Shown here piece by piece: positions 43,483 to 51,162 of a stretch of 59,181 bases of DNA. Origin of the DNA: Candidatus Binatia bacterium (GTDB lineage: Bacteria; Chloroflexota; Limnocylindria; Limnocylindrales; CSP1-4); NCBI GenBank assembly GCA_035574535.1, contig DATLYV010000017.1, forward strand, positions 1 through 59,181, read 5' to 3'. Under the pieces are notes generated by a model. That model was given only the letters and a program-made list of their open reading frames with translations. It was not told the DNA's origin and searched no databases. A program made the position numbers and the translations under genes. Each line of letters starts with the position of its first letter. Positions within the stretch are counted from its first letter, which is position 1.

Positions 43483-45141
43483 ATGCGACGCCTGGCCGCA
43501 CTCACACTCTCGCTTGGACTGTTGTTCGGAATGGCGAGCGGGCCGATGGCCCAGCCCGCCAGCGCGTCCTCGCTCAAGATCTGTGGCGAGGTCACGCTCT
43601 ACGTCAAGGCCACGATCCTTGGGACGGGCCTGCTGACGATCAACGGCATCCCGCTGGTGATTGCCGCCGGCGCGGTCCTGCCGGCGAGCGTGCAGGTCGG
43701 CGCGGACATCTGCATCGACCTCACGACGAACCTCCTCGGGTTGATCACCGGCGGCGCCGTGACGGCGAACGTCCACGCCGAGGTGAAGGTCTGCGGGGTG
43801 GTCCAGGCGTACACCGAGGCCACCGCCCTCACGACCGGGCTCCTGAAGATCGGTGGCCACACGTTCATCCTCGGGCTCGGGTCGAAGCTCCCGGCAGCCG
43901 TCGAAGTCGGCGACGACATCTGCCTCGACCTCGACATCGACGCCTTCGGGCGGGTGGCCGACGGCACGGTCACCGCGAACGCCCACGTCCACCTGAAGGT
44001 CTGCGGCACCGTCACGGCCTACACCAAGGCGACGGCGACGACGACCGGCATCCTGCAGATCGGCTCGAAGAGCTGGATCCTCGCGGTCCTCTCGAACCTG
44101 CCGGCCACGGTCCAGGAAGGCGCGAACCTCTGCCTCGACCTCGAGCTCGACGGCTACGGCCGAATCAGCGACGCGGAGGTCTCGGCGAACGTCGAGGCCA
44201 CGGTCAAGATCTGCGGCACGGTCACCGCGTACACGGCTGCGACCGCCTCGACCCTCGGCGTCCTGAGGATCGCCGGCAAGACCTTTTCGATCGCGCTGGA
44301 CGGCGACCTGCCGGCCAACGTGCAGGCGGGCGCGAACCTGTGCCTCGATCTCAACCTCAACGGCTTCTTCCAGATCAAGGACGGCACGGCGGTCGCCAAC
44401 GTCGAGGCCACGGTGGACGTCTGCGGCCAGGTGACCGCGTACGTCGCCGCGACGCCGTCGGTCGACGGAAGCCTGACCATCGCCGGGATCGTCCGGAAGA
44501 TCCGCGCCGGTGCGGACGTCGATGCGGGCGTCGCTGTCGGGGCCTACCTCAAGCTCCGGCTGACGGTCGACGTGTTCGGCCGGATCGCCAAGCTGACCGT
44601 GCTCAAGGTCAGCGTCTCGCTCTCCGACGCGTGCGACGCGACCAGCCCGACCCCGACCCAGGACCCGGGCCAGAGCCAGCAGCCCGGCCAGAGCCAGGCT
44701 CCGGACCAGAGCCAGCAGCCCGGCCAGAGCCAGGAACCGGGCACGTCGCCCGACCCCGGCACGAGCCAGGATCCCGGCTCCTCGGCCGGGGCGGACGAGA
44801 GCCACGAGCCCGCCGGGCCCACGGAGCCGCCCACGGCGGGCGGCCCCACCTGCGTCGACTCGGGCGTGGGCAGCGTCACGGCCGAGGGTGACGGCGGGAC
44901 CCTCCTGCCGAGCACCGACGCCCTCGGCCGGGCCACGCGGATCCTCGTCAGCAACGCCATCCCGCTGATCGCGATCGGCATGCTGAGCGCCTTCGCCGCC
45001 TGGTACCGCTCGCGCCGTCGCGACGACGAGGAGTCGCTCGACGAACTCCCGCTCGCCGAGGCCGGCCTCGGGGCCGATGCGGGTTCCTCGCACCTCACTG
45101 GCGCCACGGGCCATGACGTGGCGCCGGAGCCCCGGTCGTGA
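43483..45141 (+). CDS. Secreted, membrane-anchored protein with five 70-aa two-Cys repeats
   Basis: GGGGGAG lies 8 nt before ATG 43483. Signal peptide ends PASA|SS. Repeats, a PGQSQ linker, LPSTD, a TM helix, RSRRR and an acidic tail follow. Trimmed from track ORF 43234-45141. Confidence 0.75.
   Translation: MRRLAALTLSLGLLFGMASGPMAQPASASSLKICGEVTLYVKATILGTGLLTINGIPLVIAAGAVLPASVQVGADICIDLTTNLLGLITGGAVTANVHAEVKVCGVVQAYTEATALTTGLLKIGGHTFILGLGSKLPAAVEVGDDICLDLDIDAFGRVADGTVTANAHVHLKVCGTVTAYTKATATTTGILQIGSKSWILAVLSNLPATVQEGANLCLDLELDGYGRISDAEVSANVEATVKICGTVTAYTAATASTLGVLRIAGKTFSIALDGDLPANVQAGANLCLDLNLNGFFQIKDGTAVANVEATVDVCGQVTAYVAATPSVDGSLTIAGIVRKIRAGADVDAGVAVGAYLKLRLTVDVFGRIAKLTVLKVSVSLSDACDATSPTPTQDPGQSQQPGQSQAPDQSQQPGQSQEPGTSPDPGTSQDPGSSAGADESHEPAGPTEPPTAGGPTCVDSGVGSVTAEGDGGTLLPSTDALGRATRILVSNAIPLIAIGMLSAFAAWYRSRRRDDEESLDELPLAEAGLGADAGSSHLTGATGHDVAPEPRS
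43576..44622 (+). repeat. Five coding tandem repeats, 210-nt period
   Basis: The module K[IV]CG.V.AY..AT...G.L.I.G...LPA.V..GA.[IL]C[IL]DL...G.I.DG.V.ANV.A.V occurs 5 times. The fifth copy is degenerate. Confidence 0.85.
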
Positions 45142-46094
45142 CCGCGGAGTCGCGCCCGATGCTCCTCGCGCGGGCGGCCGCAGCCCTGCGGCCGCCGCGC
45201 GACTTGGACGGCGAGGCCGACCTGCCCGCGATCGTCGATCCGGCGGTCGGACTCGTGCGGTCCGTGGAGGTCCTCTCGATCGTCACGCTCGCCATCGTGG
45301 CCCTCACGTCCCCGACCCGCGTCGGCGCGGGCTACACCCTGTCCGACATCGGGGCTCTCCTGGTCCTCTACGCGATCGGCACGTTCGCCCTGTCGCGGCT
45401 GCCCTGGGACCGGCTGCCGTCGACCGCGGCGGTCGCGATCGTCGGGGCGCAGCTGCTGTTCGTGGTGAGCCTTACCACGGTCACGGGTGGCGGCCGCTCG
45501 CCGTACTTCGTCCTCTATGCGCCGATCCTGGCCCTCGCCGGATGGCACCTCCGCCGGGACTGGGTCGTGCTGACCGTCGCGGCCGTCGCGATCATCGAGT
45601 GGTGGCGGGCGATGGTCCTCGAGGGCGGGCAGGGGACCGCCAGCCAGCTCGTGGTCGCGCTGCCGCTGTTCGCGGCCATCGCGGCCCTCGCGCACATCAC
45701 CGCCGAGCGCCTCCTGACCGCGATCGTGACGATCCGGCGGGACCAGGTCCGCACGGCGGAGACGCTCGCCGCGATCCAGCGGCTCGCCTCGACGCCGGTC
45801 GGCGACCCACTCGTCGTCGCGAGCGAGGCCGCGGAGCGGATCTTCGAGTCGCGTGCCCGGATCGTCCGGGTCGACCCGCCGGCTGCGCCGTCGGCCGTGC
45901 CTGACCTCGTCGCGCGGAGCGAGTCGGGCCGGCGGCTGTCCGTCGGCGTCACGGGCTCGACGGGCACCCACGCCATCCTCGAGCTGGAGCGGGCCGAGCC
46001 GTTCTCGGTCACCGAGGTGCGGCTCGCCGGGATGCTCGGCGGGACCGCGGGCCAGGCGGTCGACCGGCACCGCGGCCGGGGCGCCCACCTCTAG
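45138..46094 (+). CDS. Multi-pass membrane protein with a small C-terminal soluble (GAF-like?) domain and no recognisable output domain
   Basis: GTG overlaps the upstream TGA (GTGA). About five TM segments, then about 120 aa of soluble sequence. Confidence 0.6.
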   Translation: MTAESRPMLLARAAAALRPPRDLDGEADLPAIVDPAVGLVRSVEVLSIVTLAIVALTSPTRVGAGYTLSDIGALLVLYAIGTFALSRLPWDRLPSTAAVAIVGAQLLFVVSLTTVTGGGRSPYFVLYAPILALAGWHLRRDWVVLTVAAVAIIEWWRAMVLEGGQGTASQLVVALPLFAAIAALAHITAERLLTAIVTIRRDQVRTAETLAAIQRLASTPVGDPLVVASEAAERIFESRARIVRVDPPAAPSAVPDLVARSESGRRLSVGVTGSTGTHAILELERAEPFSVTEVRLAGMLGGTAGQAVDRHRGRGAHL

Positions 46095-46288
46095 GCCGGC
46101 CGAGCCGGGCGGCAGCAAGGCGAGGCGGGCCCAAACGGGGGGCGGCCGGGGCCATGACCGGGGGGAGGATCGGGTCATATCGCCGCGCCCGCGTCGCCGC
46201 TGCAATGCGTGGAACACCGGCAACGGTGGAGGGCAACGGGAGCAGGTCGGACGTCGGCGCCACGGGCGGGCGCGAGACCTGGAGTGAC

Positions 46289-47002
46289 ATGGCAACGCGT
46301 TCCCGGGAGCCAATTCGTGGGGCTCCGCCGGCGAGCGTCCTCGTCGGAGACCCGGTGATGCTCGTTCGGGCCGGCCTGCGGTCGGTCATCGACGGCGACC
46401 CGGCGTTCCGCGTCGAGGCCGAGGCGGTCGACGGCGCCCAGGCACTCGAGATCCTAGCGCGCCTCAGGCCGCGGCTCGCCGTCCTCGCGACGGCCCTCCA
46501 GAACCCCACCGGCATCGAGGTCGTTCGCCAGGCGCGCGCGGCCGCCGCTGAGACCGCGATCGTGCTGCTGGCCCGCTCGGACGAAATGGACACGATCCTC
46601 GACGGCTTCCGCGCCGGCGCCATCGGCTTCGTCCGCGCGGACGTCGAGCGCATCGAGCTGCTTACGTCGCTGCACCGGGCCCTCGCAGGGGAGTCGGTCG
46701 TCGACCCGGCCACCGCCACGCAGCTGATCCTCCGCATGGCCAGCGAATCGGAGCTGGTGAACTCGGCCACGCCGGTCCCCCTGACCCCGCGCGAGCTCGA
46801 GATCCTGGGCTTGATGGCCCGCGGCCACACGAACCGCGAGATCGCGGAGCGGCTGATCGTCGCCGTGGGGACGATCAAGGTCCACGTCGAGCACATCCTC
46901 GGCAAGCTCGGTGCGGCGGACCGGACGCAGGCGTCGGTCCGGGCGGTCGAGCTGGGGCTCGTGCAGGGCGACCAGGGGACCCACCCGACGCCGCTCCGCT
47001 GA
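46289..47002 (+). CDS. LuxR/NarL-family regulator with a degenerate (pseudo-)receiver domain
   Basis: C-terminal HTH LTPRELEILGLMARGHTNREIAERLIVAVGTIKVHVEHILGKLG. Receiver-like N-terminus lacks the phospho-acceptor Asp. GGAG-N4-ATG at 46289. Confidence 0.8.
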   Translation: MATRSREPIRGAPPASVLVGDPVMLVRAGLRSVIDGDPAFRVEAEAVDGAQALEILARLRPRLAVLATALQNPTGIEVVRQARAAAAETAIVLLARSDEMDTILDGFRAGAIGFVRADVERIELLTSLHRALAGESVVDPATATQLILRMASESELVNSATPVPLTPRELEILGLMARGHTNREIAERLIVAVGTIKVHVEHILGKLGAADRTQASVRAVELGLVQGDQGTHPTPLR

Positions 47003-47068
47003 GCCGGCGCGCGGGCGCCCATTCGGGGCGACTCCATCGCACGCCCTCCGAACCTTCGCCAGGTGCCG

Positions 47069-47077
47069 TGGTAGAGT
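47069..47077 (+). promoter_or_regulatory. Extended -10-like element TGGTAGAGT upstream of the T-box leader
   Basis: TGn plus TAGAGT about 12 nt before the first T-box stem I element. No good -35 seen. Confidence 0.35.
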
Positions 47078-47089
47078 GCCGGCCTCACG

Positions 47090-47330
47090 GCGACGACCGA
47101 GAGGAGTAGCGCCCCACTCGGCCACGAAGCGAGCGCGGGACGGTGCGAGCCGCGCGGGTACCGAGGCGTGAACGTCACTCGCGAGCCGTGCGGGCGGCGC
47201 CCGATAGCGCGCCACGAGGAGGCCCCGGGACCGGCGACTGGCCGGACGGGCGGGTGATGGGCCGGCGCGGCGGGACCTCGAACCAGCAGGTGGTACCACG
47301 ACCCCGTTCGTCCGCTGGACGAGCGGGGCG
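47090..47330 (+). promoter_or_regulatory. T-box leader RNA, candidate Val (GUC) specifier, controlling valS
   Basis: GAGAGGAGTAGC (47099-47110), distal-loop-like GGTGCGA (47142-47148), GAAC-GTC-A (47170-47177), T-box core AACCAGCAGGTGGTACCACG (47281-47300), and a 12-bp hairpin at 47302-47328 followed by CGTTCGATTTCT. Confidence 0.75.
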
Positions 47331-47356
47331 TTCGATTTCTGGAGGCGAGAGACGGC

Positions 47357-50158
47357 ATGGCGGACGGCACGACGACCGACGCGACCACGGACGCGACCAC
47401 GGACGCGACCGCGGCGACGGACAAGGCCGCCGGGGACCCGGCGGCCCGGGGTGCCCGCGGGGAGCTGCCCAAGGCCTGGGTCCCGGCGGACCACGAGGCC
47501 GGGCTCTACGAGCGCTGGCTGACCGCGGACGTCTTCGCGCCGGACGGTAAGGGCACCAACCCCGACCCGAGCCTGCCGCCGTTCGTGATCATCCAGCCGC
47601 CCCCGAACATCACCGGCGCGCTCCACCTCGGCCACGCGCTGACCTTCACCCTCGAGGACACGATGATCCGGCACGCCCGGATGCTCGGCCACGAGACGCT
47701 CTGGCTGCCGGGCCTCGACCACGCCTCGATCGCCGCCCAGTACGTCCTGGACAGGATCATCGCCGCGGAGGGCGAGACCCGCGAGTCGCTGGGCCGCGAG
47801 CGCTACCTCGAGCGGATGTGGCGGTTCATCAACGAGACCCGCGAGGTGATGCTCGCCCAGGAGCGGCGGCTCGGCGTCTCGGCGGACTGGGGCCGGCTGC
47901 GGTTCACGATGGACGAGGGCTCCGCCCGGGCCGTCCGCGTCAGCTTCAAGCGCTTCTACGAAGACGGGCTCGCGTACCGCGCCGAGGGCCTGATCAACTG
48001 GTGCCCCGGTTGCCGCACCAGCGTCTCGGACCTCGAGGTCATCCCGAAGCCCGAGACCGGCACGCTCTGGTCGATCCGCTACCACCTGCTCGACGAGGCG
48101 ACCGGCGAGCCAACCGACGAGACGATCACCGTCGCGACCACCCGTCCCGAGACGATCCTCGGCGACACCGCCGTGGCCGTCCACCCGGAGGATGCGCGCT
48201 ACGAGGGCCTGGTCGGGCGGAAGGTCCGGATCCCGTTCGTCGAGCGCGACGTGCCGGTCATCGCGGACGGCATCGTCGACCGCGAGTTCGGCACCGGCGC
48301 CGTGAAGGTCACGCCGGGCCACGACAAGAATGACTACGAGATCGGGCAGCGGCACGGGCTCCCGTCGATCTCGGTCATGAACGACGACGCTTCCCTCAAC
48401 GACGCGGCCGACCGCTACGCCGGCCTCGATCGCTTCGAGGCCCGACGCCGGATCCTGGATGACCTCCGGGCCCGCGGCGACGTCGCGGGAGAGCGGCCGC
48501 ACGAGATGCTGATCGGTCGCTGCCAGCGCTCGGACGACGTCATCGAGCCGCGCCTGAAGACCCAGTGGTTCATCAGGGTCCGGCCGCTCGCCGAGGCGTC
48601 GCTCGCGGCGACCCGCTCGGGCGAGACGAGGATCGTGCCGGCGCGCTTCGAGAAGGTCTGGGAGCACTGGCTGACGAACCTCCACGACTGGAACGTCAGC
48701 CGTCAGCTCTGGTGGGGCCACCGCATTCCGGCGTGGTACTGCCCGGACGGCCACGTGACGGTCTCGGACGAGGCCGGCGGCCCGCCGGCGTGCGAGGTCT
48801 GCGGTCGCGCCGCCGCCGAGCTGACCCAGGACCCCGACATCTTCGACACCTGGTACAGCTCCGGGCTGTGGCCGTTCTCGACGCTCGGCTGGCCGGATCG
48901 GACCGAGGACCTCCGGCGCTACTACCCGGGCACGATCATGGAGACCGGCTACGACATCATCTTCTTCTGGGTCGCCCGGATGATGATGACCGGCATCCAC
49001 CTGATGGATGCCGTGCCGTTCCACACGGTCTACCTGCACGGGCTCGTGAAGGACCCGTACGGCCAGCGGATGTCGAAGACGAAAGGCAACGTCGTCGACC
49101 CGCTCGAGGCCATCGACACGGCCGGTGCCGACGCCCTCCGATTCGCCCTCCTGAACGGCACCTCGCCCGGCAACGACCAGAAGTTCTCGCCGGAGCGACT
49201 CGAGGACGGCCGCAACTTCGCGAACAAGCTCTGGAACGCGACGCGGTTCGTGCTGGGCGCGCGCCCCTCGTCGATCGACGCGGCCGACGCGGGCACGCGG
49301 CGGGCGCCCGACGAGGCCCGCCTCGGCCCGACGGAGCGCTGGATCCGCTCGCGAGCCGCGGCCACCATCGCGGCGGTCGACCGGGCCTTCGCAGACCACA
49401 ACTACGGCGAGGCGTCGCGGGCGCTGTACGACGCGATCTGGGCCGAGTTCTGTGACTGGGGAGTCGAGCTCGCGAAGGTCCGCCTCGCCGACGAGGCGCT
49501 CGATCCTGCCGAGCGGGACGCGACGTGGTGGACGCTCGTCGAGGCGCTCGACACGTACCTCCGCCTGCTCCACCCGGTCATGCCGTTCGTCACCGAAGCG
49601 CTGTGGAACTCGCTGCCGCACGCGGAGGGCGACCCGGAGCTGCTGATCGTCGCCCGCTGGCCGAAGGCCGGCCCGGTCGATGCGGCGACCGAGCGGTCGG
49701 TCGGGCAGGTCATCGAGCTCATCCGGTCGATCCGGAACGCCCGCGCGACCGTCGGCATCGCCCCATCGGAGTGGCTCCCGCTCGACCTGTTCGTCCCGGG
49801 CCGCCAGGCCGCTTCGTTCGACGCCTTCCGCCCGGCGATCGAGCGGCTGGCGCGCGTCCGGCCGATCCACCCGCACGCGGACCGCGCGGCGCTCGAGCAT
49901 GCCCCGGTGGGGTCGCTCGGGATCATCGCCGGCGAGTTCGAGGGCCGGCTGCACGCCCGCGCCGAGGCGGCGGAGGCCGACCGGGCCCGGATCGGGAAGG
50001 AACTCGCGCAGGCCGAGGCGGCGCTGGCGTCGACGCGCACCCGACTCGCCGACGCGACCTTCCTGGCGAAGGCGCCAGCGCACATCGTCGAGGGCGCCCG
50101 CGCGCGGGAGGCGGAACTCGCGGAGAAGGTCGAGAAGCTGCGCGCCTCCCTGGGCTAG
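47357..50158 (+). CDS. valS: Valine--tRNA ligase
   Basis: HIGH region PPPNITGALHLGHAL, KMSKS region RMSKTKGN, and a C-terminal coiled coil. GGAGG lies 11 nt upstream. Confidence 0.95.
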   Translation: MADGTTTDATTDATTDATAATDKAAGDPAARGARGELPKAWVPADHEAGLYERWLTADVFAPDGKGTNPDPSLPPFVIIQPPPNITGALHLGHALTFTLEDTMIRHARMLGHETLWLPGLDHASIAAQYVLDRIIAAEGETRESLGRERYLERMWRFINETREVMLAQERRLGVSADWGRLRFTMDEGSARAVRVSFKRFYEDGLAYRAEGLINWCPGCRTSVSDLEVIPKPETGTLWSIRYHLLDEATGEPTDETITVATTRPETILGDTAVAVHPEDARYEGLVGRKVRIPFVERDVPVIADGIVDREFGTGAVKVTPGHDKNDYEIGQRHGLPSISVMNDDASLNDAADRYAGLDRFEARRRILDDLRARGDVAGERPHEMLIGRCQRSDDVIEPRLKTQWFIRVRPLAEASLAATRSGETRIVPARFEKVWEHWLTNLHDWNVSRQLWWGHRIPAWYCPDGHVTVSDEAGGPPACEVCGRAAAELTQDPDIFDTWYSSGLWPFSTLGWPDRTEDLRRYYPGTIMETGYDIIFFWVARMMMTGIHLMDAVPFHTVYLHGLVKDPYGQRMSKTKGNVVDPLEAIDTAGADALRFALLNGTSPGNDQKFSPERLEDGRNFANKLWNATRFVLGARPSSIDAADAGTRRAPDEARLGPTERWIRSRAAATIAAVDRAFADHNYGEASRALYDAIWAEFCDWGVELAKVRLADEALDPAERDATWWTLVEALDTYLRLLHPVMPFVTEALWNSLPHAEGDPELLIVARWPKAGPVDAATERSVGQVIELIRSIRNARATVGIAPSEWLPLDLFVPGRQAASFDAFRPAIERLARVRPIHPHADRAALEHAPVGSLGIIAGEFEGRLHARAEAAEADRARIGKELAQAEAALASTRTRLADATFLAKAPAHIVEGARAREAELAEKVEKLRASLG
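47371..47410 (+). repeat. In-frame 12-nt tandem repeat encoding (TTDA)3 at the valS N-terminus
   Basis: ACGACCGACGCG / ACCACGGACGCG / ACCACGGACGCG read directly. Confidence 0.85.
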
Positions 50159-50204
50159 CCGCGAGCGTGCGCGGGCAGGCCGCGATCGAGCGCCGGAAAC
50201 GACG

Positions 50205-50231
50205 AGGCGGCCGCCCGTGGGACGGCCGCCT
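50205..50231. terminator. Hairpin between convergent valS and the sugar permease gene
   Basis: AGGCGGCCG-N9-CGGCCGCCT, a 9-bp stem with no U-tract. Confidence 0.35.
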
Positions 50232-50265
50232 GCGCCGGCAGTGGGGGAGCGGTTCGCTGACCCGA

Positions 50266-51162
50266 TCAGCCCTTCACGGCGCCGCCCGTGAGGCCGCGCA
50301 CGAAGTAGCGCTGCAGGAACAGGAAGACGATCAGGGGCACGACCATCGTCAGGAACGCGGCCGCGGCCAGGTACTGGGATCCGCCGCCGGTCGACTGGAC
50401 GAGGTTCGCCACCAGCACCGTCATGGGCAGGTTGTCCGGCCGGCTCGCGCCGATGAACACGAACGCGACGAGGAGATCGTTCCAGGTGAACAGGAACTGG
50501 AAGATCGCGAGCGCCGCGATCGCCGGGATCGTCATCGGCAGCGCCAGGCGGAAGAACTTCGTCGCCCAGCCCGCGCCGTCGATGTCGGCCGACTCGAACA
50601 CCTCGCGCGGCAGCTCGCCCATGAAGTTCCGCAGGAGGTAGACCGCGAACGGCAGGCCGTAGCCGGTGTGGGCCAGCCAGACGGCGATGAACTCGCCGTT
50701 CCAGCCGAGCGGGCGGAACAGCTGCAGCAGCGGGATGAAGGTCGTCTGGAGCGGCACGACGAGCAGCCCGACCACCGCGAGGAACAGGACATTGCGGAGC
50801 GGGAACTTCATCCACGCGAAGGCGTAGCCGGCGAACGCCGCGACCATCACGGGGATGACCGTCGACGGGATCGCGATGAGGAGGCTGTTCAGGAAGGCCG
50901 GGGCGATGCCCTGCCGGTTGAGCACGTAGGCGTAGTTGTCGAACGACAGTGCCTCGGGCGGGAACAGCGCCGTCCACCACCCCGAGCTGGCGGCGTCCTG
51001 TGGCGTCCGGAACGAGTTGACGAACAGGCCGATCGTCGGGATCAGCCAGATGATCATCAGGACGATGACGAACGCGTGGAGCGGCAGGCGTCGGAGCCAG
51101 CGGGACACCCCGCTGGCCTGTCCGACGGTGGCGAGGCGGGTGCCCTCGGTCGCGGCCGTCAT
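50266..51162 (-). CDS. Carbohydrate ABC transporter permease (MalG-like)
   Basis: EAA-type loop ESADIDGAGWATKFFRLALPMTIPA. The ATG overlaps the upstream stop (ATGA). Trimmed from track ORF 50266-52188. Confidence 0.85.
   Translation of the reverse strand: MTAATEGTRLATVGQASGVSRWLRRLPLHAFVIVLMIIWLIPTIGLFVNSFRTPQDAASSGWWTALFPPEALSFDNYAYVLNRQGIAPAFLNSLLIAIPSTVIPVMVAAFAGYAFAWMKFPLRNVLFLAVVGLLVVPLQTTFIPLLQLFRPLGWNGEFIAVWLAHTGYGLPFAVYLLRNFMGELPREVFESADIDGAGWATKFFRLALPMTIPAIAALAIFQFLFTWNDLLVAFVFIGASRPDNLPMTVLVANLVQSTGGGSQYLAAAAFLTMVVPLIVFLFLQRYFVRGLTGGAVKG

Noticed and set aside
43576-44622. CRISPR-like or mobile repeat array
   Set aside because: The 210-nt periodicity lies entirely in frame within one CDS, and the units are diverged at the DNA level while conserved at the protein level. 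There are no spacers and no cas genes.
44920-45010. Calling LPSTD plus TM helix plus RSRRR a bona fide sortase sorting signal
   Set aside because: The motif lacks the Gly of LPxTG. About 20 residues separate it from the helix, and about 45 further residues follow the basic cluster. No sortase gene is in the window. It is reported only as a resemblance.
46454-50980. 1508-aa ORF on the minus strand
   Set aside because: It is antisense to valS, which carries clear HIGH/KMSKS motifs, and out of frame with the sugar permease. Its composition is dominated by Arg, Gly, Pro, Asp and Ala with no recognisable motif. This is a typical high-GC shadow ORF.
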